Assembly (NCBI RefSeq): GCF_006345805.1
Contig: NC_043007.1
Location: 37,634,001-37,698,000, forward strand
Reading direction: 5' to 3'
DNA: 64,000 nucleotides
Source: Octopus sinensis
Lineage: Eukaryota
In this document: positions 52,010 to 63,861 of the stretch, one piece after another
Layout of the letters: the number at the start of each line of letters is the position of its first letter
Position numbering within the stretch: the stretch's first letter is position 1
Translations under genes and position numbers: made by a program
The notes under the pieces: generated by a model
Told to the model about the DNA's origin: nothing
What the model saw: the letters and a program-made list of their open reading frames with translations, nothing else
Databases searched by the model: none

Positions 52010-52325
52010 TTATTTGTTCCAGTCATTAGACTGTGGCCATGCTGGGGTACCGCTTTGAAGAATTTTAGTTGAATATATCGACTTGAGTACTTATTTTTTT
52101 TTAAAGCCTGGTACTTACTCTATTGGTCTCTTTTGCCAAATTTCTAAGTTACATGGACATAAACACACCAACATTGGTTGGCAAGCAGTGATGGGGAAAA
52201 AAACAGACACAAATACACACATATATATATGAAAGGCTTCTTTTAGTTTCCATCTGCCAGATCCACTCACAAAGCTCTGGTCAACCCAAGGCTATAGTAG
52301 AAGGCACTCGCCCAAGGTGCCATGC
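52010..52325 (-). mobile_element. SINE family A (older, partial)
   Basis: Homology to family A. Confidence 0.8.
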
Positions 52326-52500
52326 ACACACACACATACACATTCATGTATGCATGCACATTTAGTACCCTCGCACTCTCTCCTGCCCACTGCTGTGGTT
52401 GCTTTGAAAGTAGTCAGCAGAAATACTTGGCATTTGTTTAAGGACTTCCTAAAGTTTTAAGATTGATATTTTTAGATTTTATATTTAAATCATCATCAAA

Positions 52501-52886
52501 GGCGTAGGAGTGGCTGTGTGGTAAGTAGCTTGCTTACGAACCACATGGTTCCGAGTCCAGTCCCACTGTGTGGCACCTTGGGTATGTGTCTTCTACTATA
52601 GCCTCAGGCCGACCAAAGCCTTGTGAGTGGATTTGGTAGATGAAAACTGAAAGAAGCCTGTCGTATATATACATGTATGTGTGTGTGTGTCTGTGTTTGT
52701 CCCCCCAACATCGCTTAACAACTGATGCTGGTGTGTTTACATCCCTGTAACTTAGCAGTTCAGCAAAAGAGACCGATAGATATAAGTACTAGACTTACAA
52801 AGAAAAAGTCCTGGGGTAGATTTGCTCGACTAAAGGTGGTGCTCCAGCATGACCACAGTCAAATGACTGAAACAAGTAAAAGAGTA
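52501..52886 (+). mobile_element. SINE family A, full length
   Basis: ggcgtaggagtggctgtgtggtaag...gaaacaagtaaaagagta. Confidence 0.9.
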
Positions 52887-53417
52887 CCACCTATCTCTCC
52901 CCTCTTCTGCATCACCTAGCTTCCTCTCCTCCTCCCCACCACCACCACCACCATCATAATATGCCTGCTTTCCATATTGACTAAGATGGATAAATTATCA
53001 TGATCTGAATCAGTTCTTCAATGGGGTAGGGGATTACATCTTGCTAGTAGTTTCCAATTTTTACAGGATTTCTAATGCTGGATACCCTTACTAACTAACA
53101 CCAGTAACTTTACAGAATGTACCAAGTACATTTTATTATAAAACAAACCTCAGAGAATTTGGAATGCTCTTGACAAAACTAAAAGGCTTTCTTGATTCTG
53201 TAGTGTCTCTATTTGCTCAAAATAATATGACCAAAAGGAAGTGAACAGCTGAATGATGACAGTTGGGTCAATGAGAATGGGTGAGAGGAGCAAAAGAATG
53301 ATGAGCAAAACAATGTGATTTGGAGAGTGAAGGTGGAGTAATGGAAGAGAAATAGTAAAGGTAGCTATGTTTGCTGGAGTGTGAAAGAGAGACAGACAGA
53401 TTGTAAAAGAGAAGGGC

Positions 53418-53626
53418 AAGAGAGAGAGAGAGATGACCTAAAGAAGACGGAATGATGGTAGATTATGTCAGCTATGGACAAATCTGAGTCTACCACTCAT
53501 ACATGTGTCTTGATAAAAGAGAGAGAGAGATGACCTAAAGAAGACGGAATGATGGTAGATTATGTCAGCTATGGACAAATCTGAGTCTACCACTCATACA
53601 TGTGTCTTGATAAAAGAGAGAGAGAG
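53418..53626. repeat. ~97-bp exact tandem duplication bounded by (GA)n
   Basis: gatgacctaaagaagacgg...gtcttgataaaagagag occurs twice. Confidence 0.9.
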
Positions 53627-54299
53627 AAATAGAATAAATTAGGGGGCAGTAGAATACACAAAGGTCCAATGCTATCGCTCACTACACGGTGTAAATCTTG
53701 AGTGTCAGAGAGATGAGAAGGCCAGACAGATCCAATGCTGTTCACAGTTACATGGAAGCATAGAGTAAACGAACTGGACTGGGAGTGAGTAGAGAAAGTG
53801 TAAGTGATGGACAGATGTGTGATAGAGGAGAGGGTACAACAGGGCAAGGGAATAGCTGATGGGGATTTAACAAGGATGTATTAGGTAAGAGAACTCTCTC
53901 CCTCTTTCTATATTTTATAACATGGTTTCTGTATATGTCACTTTAGTGTTGTGCATTCATAACAGTGTGATATAATACCATGGAACAGGGTAAAGCACCA
54001 ACTGTCTCCACTTGTTTTCCCAAATACTCTGCCAACAATTGTAACCAATCCAAAACAGCTCTCTACGAACTATAACAACTTCTCAACAATTTCCCGCAAC
54101 TCCATAAACTCACAAACGACACCTTTCAACTTCCTGTGATTTCTCATCTGTCACTCTCAGTTAAACATGCTGCTGCTTATACGAATTCGGTTAGTCCATT
54201 CCCAAGAGGGTGCCATAATTCTCGCCATGACATCCCTTTTGAGATTTGACTTCTGGAGGAAGTGCAACTTTTTTATTTAATTTTTTTTTCTTCATCACC

Positions 54300-56830
54300 T
54301 CTCCATTTTTTGAGATTTCAATTTCCTCAGAAGTTTTAATACTTCTTTCGCTTTGGGACTATTTCTTGTCATTCTGTTTGTTTAGATTTTTTATTGCTGA
54401 TTCGCCTAAGTTCAACCTCGTTTGGTGCTGGAATATCAAATAAGTCATAACAAACTTCCATTGGTATTTCTTCTCTTTCGTCAGTATGTCTAGTCTTCAA
54501 CTGGTTCAAATGTCCTTTGGGCCCCCCTGTTTGACCTTTTATTATGTATATCATACTGCCTACATTTTTCATCACTATACCGTCCTCCCAATCTTGTCTT
54601 CCATTCTTATATATTTTGAAATGAACTTTATCTGCTACATTAAAATCCTTTGTTGTGTTTTTATTGTAGATAACAATTTATCAAAAAAAGATTTTATCTT
54701 CCAAGCAAACATAAGCTCTGCAGGCAACTTGCCTGAACAGGTATTCAGGTTAGGCATTACCCTGTAAACCCTTAAGAATTGAGTTAGTGGTACAGCATTG
54801 CCTAATTCATTTCCTGATGTTTTTTAGTGCTTGCTTAAATGTGTCTACAAACCTTTCTGCTTGCCCATTTGATCTTGGGTGGTATGGCAGAGTAGAGATG
54901 TGACTGATTCCATACCTCTCACAGAAATTTAAAAATTGATACCTTGAAAACTGCGTTCCATTATCTGACACTATGATGTCTGGGACACCATATCATGCAA
55001 AAAGTTTGTAAAAGAACCTTATTGTTACCTTTGAGGTTGGTCGACTGCATTTACATATCTCCAACCACTTAGTATAGCTATCCACTATGATCAGATAATA
55101 CGTGCTGTTTACCAGTCCAGCAAAATCTATACGTAGTCTGGACCACAGATTGTCTGTCTTAGGCCACAATTGGAATTTTAAAAGTATAACCTCTGCAGGA
55201 TTTCACCAATTGTTTGATATCACGGTCCATAGTAGGTCAATACACATAACTCCTAATTACTGATTTCATTCTTGAAATCCGTGGGTGTCTCATATGAAAT
55301 TCACTTAATACATGCTTTTGTAGTGCAGCTGGCACTACATCTCATTGTGCATACATCAGCACATTATCTATTAGAAAACTGGTTTATGTTTGTGTTACAT
55401 ATATTTTTATTTTCTTTCACCCACAATGTTTCTTTTATCTTTGCAATGAATTTGTCATTCTCCAACTTTAATTTTTATATCTTGAACAGTTATTGGTCGC
55501 TCCCAAATGACAATACACAAAATGTTTTTTATTTCATTTTCCACCCACAACATGGCAATCACAGTATCTTTGAATAGTTCTGTTTTTTTTTTTAATTAGC
55601 TTTGATAAACAATCCACATGACCTAATTTCTTGGAAGGTATATACTCCATTTTAACCCTTTTGTTACTGTATTTATTTTGGGATGCTTTGTGTTTCTTTC
55701 AATTACTTTAAATATAACAAAGAATTTAGTAAAATAACTTAGTTATCATTAAGCTAGTGTTAGCAACATAAATTGTGACTAAGGTTTGGTGGAAGATTTT
55801 AATTCAGAACTTATGAAAAACCAGACATTTATACTCAGAGTCAGAGCCGGTTTCAGCCAGGTTGGGAAACAAAAGGGTTAAAGTCGTAATTCAACAATAT
55901 TGTACCCCAGCATTGTAACCTATCTGAAGTATGGGTAGGAATTCCTTTCTTCAACCCCAAAATTGATAATAATGGTTGGTGGTCAGTTTGTAGCAGAAAG
56001 CTTCTACCATGCAAAAATCTGTGAAATTTCTTCATGGCAAAAGTGATTGTTAGAGTTTCATTTTTTATTTGACTATAGTTTTTCTCTGCTGCTATCAGAG
56101 AACGTGAAGCATGAACCACTGCCTTCATATTTGTGTAGCGTTACTGCTCCTATGCTGTATTCAGAAAGGTCAGAAGCTACAACCATCGCTACAGGATTGA
56201 AATGAGCCAGTGACAAATCTGATAATAATATTCTTTTAATATTGTCAGACACCTTTTGACAATTATTTGACCAATTCCACTTCACATCCTTTTTTAGCTA
56301 ATTATTTAGAAGAACTCTCAATTCATGTATATTTCGTATATAATTTTGATAATAATTTGCTAGACCTAGAAAAGCTTGTAAGGTCATTATATTAGCCAGA
56401 GAAGGCATATTTTTAATTGCGTCTGCCCTCAATGGATCCGGTCATCATCCATTCCTGTTGATAATTTGTCCTAGATATTTAATTTTAGGTAAGAAAAATT
56501 CACATTTTTCCTCATTCAGTGTGAAACTGTAATCACTTATTTTTTTCAAGCATAAACTTGACATGCTGATCACGAGATTCACTTTTAATTAATATATCAT
56601 CCAGGTATGGAATTGCGAATTCAGTCCACTTACATTGCATCCATAACCTGTTCAAAAATTGCAGGTGCGACCTTTCAGTCAAATGGTAATCTATTATATT
56701 TATATAGTCCTTTATGCGTATTCACTGTTAGGTATTTTGGGCATTCCTCATCTACTCTAATTTGTAGGTACACATCGGAGAGATCCAGTTTAGAAAATAT
56801 TTTTACCCTGTTTAACTTCACAAAGGGTTC
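54300..56830 (-). mobile_element. Decayed Ty3/Gypsy LTR-retrotransposon pol (RT-RNaseH-integrase)
   Basis: FSKLDLSDVYLQI and INTHKGLY (RT); HASRSLIAAEKNYSQI..KKFHRFLHGRSFLLQTDHQPLL (RNase H); VSDNGTQF and YHPRSNGQAERFV (integrase). No LTRs identified. Confidence 0.88.
55656..55877. mobile_element. piggyBac-like MITE inserted in the Gypsy pol
   Basis: TTAA flanks; removing it restores LLNYDF-KMEYIPSKKLGHVDCLSKL. Confidence 0.85.
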
Positions 56831-57254
56831 CCTCTTTCTCACACAAACCTTGATACAAATTCCTTTCCATACTCATTCTCCAACAGTCCCTGCTCTGCAA
56901 CTCCCTTCATTACCACTCCCATAACAATGAATCTGTTCCTTTTATCATATTTTACTTTCCCTCATCCCCTTGTCTGAGATCATTACTCCTTCTCTCTTAT
57001 TCTGCTTTCAGTTTTGAGTCTCTCTTTAGACTCTTTAGTCTGGCTAGTTGCAAGGTGAGCTTCTTAGTACTGGTACCACGGAAAAGTACCCAATACACTC
57101 TGTAAAATCATTGCTGTTATGAAGGGCATCCAACCATAGAAACCATGTCAAAACAAAGATACTGGAGCATGACATAATCAGATCCAGTCAAATCATCCAT
57201 CCCATACCAGCATGGGAAAGCAGGGACAAAATGATGGTATGGCTTTTCAGGAAG

Positions 57255-57487
57255 GTGGCGAGCTGGAAGAATCATTAGCACACCGGGCAAAATGCTTTGT
57301 GGTATTTTGTCTGCAGTTACGTACTGAGTTCAAATTCTGCCAAGGTCGACTTTGCCTTTCATCCTTTCGGGGTCGATTAAATAAGTACCAGTTACGCACT
57401 GGGGTCGATATAATCGACTTAATCTGTTTGTCTGTCCTTGTTTGTCCTCTCTGTGTTTAGCCGCTTGTGGGTAGTAAAGAAATAGGT
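57255..57487 (+). mobile_element. SINE family B
   Basis: ggtggcgagctggaagaatcattagc...gtagtaaagaaatagg. Confidence 0.88.
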
Positions 57488-59569
57488 ATGTCTTTTCAGT
57501 GTCTGATTTGTCATGCTTGATCAGTATCCAACAATAGCATGTCCCCAATCATCAAAGACCTTTGTTATCTCCTTCATGAAGCTCAGCATTTTGAGGTCAG
57601 TCTTCATTACTTTGCCTCATATCTTTCTAGATGTCCCTCTTCCATAGGTTCCATCCACTATTAGTGCTCAGTACTACATTATGAAGTTACCATTCTCCAT
57701 ACACATTACATGTCTGCACCAGCATTGTTTCCTCTACTGCACACAGCCTCTGATACGTTTTATATCTAGTTTGTCTCTCAATCCCCTTGAAAGATCATGC
57801 TTGCTTCATATCTTTCAGGTCTTGACAAATCCTCATCATTCAAGGTGTATGTCTCACTACCATACATCTTGGCAGTTTGTATACATGCTTCATACTATCT
57901 GTCATTCACTAAGAGAGAAACTGTTCCCAGAATTTTTTCCACCCTACACTTACTCGGGCTGTTACACTTTCAGAACACCAACAACCCCCACTGCTAATTA
58001 GGTCACCTCGGTAACAAAAGTTAACGACTTTTTCCAAGAAGCACATCTAATTCCAGGGCACCCTTAATGTTTGCAGTACTTGTGCATCTACAAGGCATGG
58101 AACCTATCTTCCCTATTAGCCTACCTGTGATCTACCGACACTTTTTGTGTATCCATAGACTTCAATGGGCACATCATGTGAAATTTCTATATGCTTTTTA
58201 AAACCGTTGTGTGTAGATTATAAGCAAGTTATTGAATGCTTAAAAATGTATTGACTTCTTTTATTTTTGATTTGAAAACAAAATTAAAATGTGATCAACA
58301 TAATCATCAACTACACCTTTATAAACATGTTATCATTGGGTAACTGATACCAGCCCACCTGAGACTGTTCTTAGTTCTATGATACAAATTTGCTTTTTTA
58401 AAGTTGTTCAAATTAAAACCGCCCATCAGAATTTCCTGTTAAGTTACGTTCCAAACACCAGTTTAATGGTAAAGTTTACCTTACTATATTCTTCATTACT
58501 TTAGTAATAAAAGTGTTAAGTCTCAACTTTCACTTTGTCAATTAGTTAGTTTCATTATGCTTGGCAGCTAGCAAAGATAATTTTCTTCTAAGAATGTGTG
58601 TGCAAGTATGAATGCAAGCCAAAAATACTGTTTCTATTCTACAAAAAACAATAAATATTTGCCAGCTACCAAATGAAATTATATTACTTGCTGACTGAAG
58701 AAAGTAGAAGCAGAAACATAAACCTGAGGATTATACAAAAATGTATCTCTGCAAAAATTCATTAAAAATATTCAGTATAAGGAAAGAGGAGATTATATAT
58801 CTTGAAACAGAAGGTGTTGAACTTTGTATAGTAAATCAACGAAAGACTTGTCAATTTTAAGTGTTGCTGTTACTTACAGGTTCTTGTTTGACCTTATCAT
58901 AGCTACTTACAACCAGGTGGACAGGGATGTTGAGAACTAAATGTTTTAGTCTAAGGACACAAAACAAGACTAGTGACAGTTGACTGGTAATCAATCAATT
59001 TGGACTGTTGGTCCAAATTGATTGATTATGAGACAATTAGAATGTGAAAATTAAGAAATAAATTAATAGAGATAGTGACCACAAAGTAAAGGAAAATTAA
59101 GATTGAGAAATACATACTTCCACTAAGCTCTGTTTCATCATAACTTTTAGAAAAATGAATAGCTTTCAATAAAATTTTCTACAAATACCTCTCAGAGGGG
59201 AAGAGTTTACAGGTAATTCATACAAACTGAATTTATTTCTTCATAACTTCACAAAATTGGTATTTTTTGATGAAATTTTCTACAAATCCCTTTCATATCA
59301 TGTAGATTACAATTATATCAGAATTTAATGGGGGGAGGGGAATAAAATGATGGGTGCACACATACATACTGACACACATCACATATACTTGTACAAAATG
59401 AAACTTGAAAATGATGTGTGTCAGATTATATGTGTGCACATCCATTAATTTTGATACAATTGTATTTGTAGAAAATTTATTTGAAAATATCCATTTTTCC
59501 AAGAGTTATGAAGAAACAAAGTTGAGAGCACAATTCTGTATGTATGCATACATGTGTGTATGTATACTC

Positions 59570-59769
59570 TCTCTTTTACTCGTTTCAGTCATTTGACTGC
59601 GGCCATGCTGGAGCACCGCCTTTAGTCGAGCAAATCGACCCTGGGACTTACTCTTTGTAAGCCCAGTACTTATTCTATCGGTCTCTTTTGCTGAACCGCT
59701 AAGTGACGGGGACGTAAACATACCAGCATCGGTTGTCAAGCAATGCTAGGGGGACAAACACAGACACAC

Positions 59770-59817
<48 letters not shown>

Positions 59818-59980
59818 GACAGGCTTCTTTCAGTTTCCGTCTACCAAATCCACTCACAAGGCATTGGTCGGCCCGGGGCTATAGCAGAAGACACTTGTCC
59901 GAGATGCCACGCAGTGGGACTGAACCCGGAACCATGTGGTTGGTTAGCAAGCTACTTACCACACAGCCACTCCTGCGCCT
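59570..59980 (-). mobile_element. SINE family A (young)
   Basis: Full-length homology. Confidence 0.9.
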
Positions 59981-60185
59981 ATGTATAATTTAATTAGAGG
60001 ATATGTTAACTTCGTGAAGGGATGGTTACATCCATGGAAATACTGGTTCAATACCTAGTATTGTAGGGGAATGAAATTCCCTTAAAACAATAGGTATATA
60101 TTAAGCATATAGTTTATATCCAGTTAAAAGAAAAGAAAATCAAGATAAGTTAATTATTTATTATTAACAAATTGGTCATCTTTAC

Positions 60186-60281
60186 TTCTTACAGCCGTTT
60201 CAATTAATGCTCAGTAATTTAATTACAAATCTGTACATTAGATTTGCATCCATGTGACATGAGCATAATTTCATCAGAGAA
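60186..60281 (-). ncRNA. Type-I hammerhead ribozyme motif
   Basis: UUCU-CUGAUGA-AAUUAUGCUCA-(loop)-UGAGCAUUAAUU-GAAA-C-GGCU-GUA|AGAA. Confidence 0.75.
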
Positions 60282-60458
60282 AAAAAAGATGTATCTTGGG
60301 ATGTTATATGTGGACCTATCAATTAATTTCAGCAGTCTCAAACGGCTGTAAGGAGCAAAGATGACCAATTTGTTAATAATAAATAATTAACTTCCTTATA
60401 AGTACTTTCTTTTCTTATATATATATGTATGTGTTAAAAGTGGAGAAGGCCGGTTTAT

Positions 60459-60519
60459 GGGATTACATCAGGTTTCCCGTCCATAAAGGGTTTAGCTTTA
60501 TGGCGTATCGTCAGATCCC
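60459..60519 (-). ncRNA. Type-I hammerhead ribozyme motif
   Basis: GGGAU-CUGACGA-uacgCCAUAAAG-loop-CUUUAUGGacgg-GAAA-C-CUGAU-GUA|AUCCC; base of stem II imperfect. Confidence 0.7.
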
Positions 60520-60671
60520 CAAAACCTGTTGGCCCAAGGCCTCTTAAAACGGTAAACCTAAGGTAATCAGATAAACCGGCTTTCCTCATTTTTAATATAT
60601 ACTGCTCTATATCTTAGAGGGTGGTGCTTCTTTCGGATTTGTTTTTTTACAGACTATATATATATATATAT

Positions 60672-60768
60672 AGTATATTTGTCACTTAAATGTGGATAAC
60701 CCATAAGGGTGGATGCTACAGTAGCATCCACCCTTAGGGATTAGCCACATTTAAGTGACAAATATACT
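60672..60768. repeat. ~97-bp near-perfect palindrome
   Basis: agtatatttgtcacttaaatgtgg...ggatgctac|a|gtagcatcc...ccacatttaagtgacaaatatact. Confidence 0.85.
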
Positions 60769-60844
60769 TCACGATGTCGTGCAGCTACTGTTTATACCTC
60801 GCTCAGAGATTTATTATTGCTTATATATATATATATATATATAT

Positions 60845-61968
60845 TTTATTTTTTCGCTAAAACCACTATCTTTTTAGATAGTGGTTTTAGCGAAAGATAG
60901 TGGTTTTAGCGAAAAAATAAAATATACACCTATCACCAGCCCAACAATAAGGAAAGGAATAATAGAAATAGGAAGGTCATCTGGTTACGCCCCTTACTCA
61001 CCCGAGGTGGCCTTCAATAGGTAAATATTTCCTAGCACTGATAGATAGACATTTTCCAGTTAACCATGCTTATAGGAAACTCTTCAATAGACACAATTTA
61101 AAAATTAGTTTTAGTTCAACTACCAATTTAAAAACATATCAATCATAACATACAAAAAACACAAGAAGAAAACAGCTGTTCATGCAGGAATAAAGAATTG
61201 TGCCCGCTAAATGGAGCTTGCATGTCCAAGACCATCATATATGAAGCTACCGTAAACTCTATAACCACTAAGACACCGTTTCGACGAAGAAATACGTGGG
61301 CCTGACAGAGGGTAATTTCAAGGCCAGGTTCAAAACCACACTTTGAGCTTTAGGCACTGGAACAAAAGAAAAGCGACACAATTATCCAATCATATTTGGT
61401 CTTTAAGAGATAAAGGTGTCGATTATAACATACAATGGAAGATTTTGGCCAGATGTAAGCCCTATACTAACGGCAGCGGAAGGTGCGGTTTATGCGACAT
61501 GGAGAGATGGCTTATCTGGAAAAGCAGCTTAGACCCTACCACATGTCTAAATACAAGGACAGAGCTTTTCGGATCATGCCTACATGTGACTAAATTCTGT
61601 TACGTTTTTGGTCCCCTAAAGAAAACGGATAGAACATGCTTTCTGTGTTATGTCCCAAGAAGATTTTATATATTTTTATGTATTTTTATATAATTTTTAT
61701 GACGAAAAATGCGAGCGATGTATAAGTACGCAGGCAAAGCAGAGTATACAGAGTAATTTCCCTTCATTTTTAACGGTATTTTTTCATAACGTTTTCAAAT
61801 AGCCAGATAACCGAAGAGATGGTGTTGTGGATTTCCACTTCGGCATCTGAAACTCAGAGTTTTATCTTGACTACCGAGTAATGTAACATATTGTATAGAT
61901 AAATTTCATCTATTTACATAATATTGAGGTCTCTTTCTTTCTTTTGTTATCTTACCGTTTTATCAATT
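60845..61968 (+). mobile_element. 5'-truncated Penelope-like element (RT C-terminus, GIY-YIG, terminal repeat)
   Basis: Fragments NRNRKVIW..PYS, LIDRHFPVNHAYRKLFNRHNLKISFS, IIYEATV..YVGLTEGNFKARF and ATQLSNHIWSLRDKGVDYNIQWKILARCKPY..RCGLC; 5' palindrome at 60845-60925. Confidence 0.88.
61805..61867 (+). ncRNA. Variant hammerhead motif (CCGAAGA core) in PLE 3' repeat
   Basis: AGAUAA-CCGAAGA-GAUG-(loop)-CAUC-U-GAAA-CUC-A-GAG-UU|UUAUCU; 6-bp stem I. Confidence 0.6.
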
Positions 61969-61991
61969 ATATATATATATATATATATATA

Positions 61992-62601
61992 CAGGGTGTC
62001 CCAGAAGTCGCGCACCACCCTGGCTTTATAAAAATAATACACCCTTATTGATTTCAAAAACACTTTTTGAAAATAATCATAGCAAATGCTCAAATTGAGC
62101 AGCCTCTGCAATAAAAAATGCATCAGTTATAAAAGTAAAATGAATTGCGTGAATTATTTTTAACGAAAACCAGAATGCTGCGCGACTTCTGGGACACCCT
62201 CTATGGATGGAAGCACTCCTTCGGTTACGACGACGAGGGTTCCGGTTGATCCGAATCAACAGAACAGCCTGCTAGTGAAATTAACGTGTAAGTGGCTGAG
62301 CACTCCACAGACACGTGCACCCTTAACGTAGTTCTCGGGGATATTCAGCGTGACACAGAGAGTGGCAAGGCCGGCCCTTTGAAATACAGGTACAACAGAA
62401 ACAGGAAGTAAGAGTGAGAGAAAGTTGTGGTGAAAGAGTACAGCAGGGATCACCACCATCCCCAGCCGGAGCCTCATCGAACTTTAGGTGTTTTCACTCA
62501 ATAAACACTCACAACGCCCGGTCTGGGAATCGAAACCGCGATCCTATGACCGCGAGGCCGCTGCCCTAACCACTGGGCCATTGCGCCTCCACACACCCTG
62601 T
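61992..62601. mobile_element. Tc1/mariner-type MITE whose right TIR is interrupted by a SINE
   Basis: ta|cagggtgtcccagaagtcgcgca ... tgcgcgacttctgggacaccct[SINE]acaccctg|ta. Confidence 0.8.
62201..62592 (-). mobile_element. tRNA-derived SINE family D (tRNA-Arg-like head)
   Basis: gtggaggcgcaatggcccagtggttagggcagcggcctcgcggtcataggatcgcggtttcgattccc; TSD acaccct. Confidence 0.8.
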
Positions 62602-62825
62602 ATATATACAGGCTTGTCAGCTATTTACCGTTGTCTCTTCTATCACAACAAAAGACACCCATCGCCCTGGCACACTTTGTAGTTTATGTAGTTCTCTTTT
62701 CAGTAGCGAAACTTGTGCACTCCCCGAGTTACGCCAGTCTTATATAATGTGGTTAAGAAGTTCATTTCAAAACCATGTGGTTTGGAGTTCAGTTTCAGTG
62801 TACGACACTTCAGACAAGTAACTTC

Positions 62826-63142
62826 GGTACTACTTGAGAAGAGTGGTCCCGGTGCGCGCATCCACGCTAGCTAGTCGTGACTAGTCGATCCTTACTTTGT
62901 GTTTTATTTACTTTGTTTAAAAAGATTTATTTACTTTGTGTCAGTCGTTGTAGGATCGACTAGTCACGACTAGCTAGCGCGGATGCGTGAGTATGCGAGT
63001 GCGCGCACAGGGACCACTCTTCTTAAGTGGTACCCACAAAGTAAATAAAATACAAAAACACAAAGTAAGGATCGACTAGTCACGACTAGCTAGCGCGGAT
63101 GCGCGACTACGCGCACCGGGACCACTCTTCTTAAGTAGAACA
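62826..63142. mobile_element. Merlin-like MITE (47823 family) with duplicated right arm
   Basis: TSD (a)gtaacttc on both sides; right TIR present twice (ending ~63034 and ~63141). Confidence 0.82.
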
Positions 63143-63324
63143 GTAACTTCTAACTAAATGTGTGTATGAGCGTGCCTGTGTTTTCATGTCTCTCATAGCT
63201 TCAACAATCGATGTTGGTTTGTCTACGTTTCTACAGCTAGCGGTTCGGCACAATAGGATAACGATAGTGCCAGGCATAAGTACTGAGGTACATTTGATCG
63301 ACTACACTCTAAGAACAATATATA

Positions 63325-63520
63325 TTTCTTTACTACCCACAAGGGGCTAAACAAGGACAGACAAAGGGATTTAGTCGATTACATCGACTCCAGTGCGTAA
63401 CTGGTACTTAATTTATCGACCCCGAAAGGATGAAAGGCAAAGTCGACCTCGGCGGAATTTGAACTCAGAACGTAACGGCAGACGAAATACGGCTACGCAT
63501 TTCGCCCGGCGTGCTAAGCG
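63325..63520 (-). mobile_element. SINE family B
   Basis: Homology to family B. Confidence 0.85.
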
Positions 63521-63780
63521 TAACTATTAGGGTAAGGAGAAAAACGAGATATATGAAGAGGGTCGAAATGGAGAGAGAGAGAGAATCAGAGAGAAAGAAA
63601 CATGTTGATGCAAAGATACACACAGATAAACAGAAATCGATCTAGTCAATGTTATGTAAACGAGAAATACAGAGATGGTAGGGGCGAGGAAGAACGAGGT
63701 AGTTAATAAAAGGGGCCGCGACAAGAAACACTTTTAAGTAGATAGAATAATTAAATCTGCAACGTCTTCTGTTTACGTAC

Positions 63781-63861
63781 CTGTTTGTAATGTAACCTGA
63801 CGGGTTTAATATATCTGGATTTGTCGAATGTCGACACGGTCACGTCGCTAATGTTCTCCAT
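63781..63861 (-). CDS. NUDT14: NUDT14-like exon 1 (start codon)
   Basis: acaaATGG; MENISDVTVSTFDKSRYIKPVRLHYKQ|gtacgt, 81 nt; resembles human [27 protein letters not shown]. Confidence 0.92.

Larger units (their letters stand above)
33941..63861 (-). other. NUDT14: NUDT14-like gene span (UDP-glucose/ADP-ribose pyrophosphatase, Nudix hydrolase), 5 coding exons, 210 aa
   Basis: Exons of 81+44+65+214+229 = 633 nt join in frame through GT-AG introns. Protein MENISDV...KSRYIKPVRLHYKQ-NGEAKSWDF...KQFRP...ELCAGIVDK...EILEECGY...GGGVPEEGEMIE...WF is colinear with NUDT14. Confidence 0.92.
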
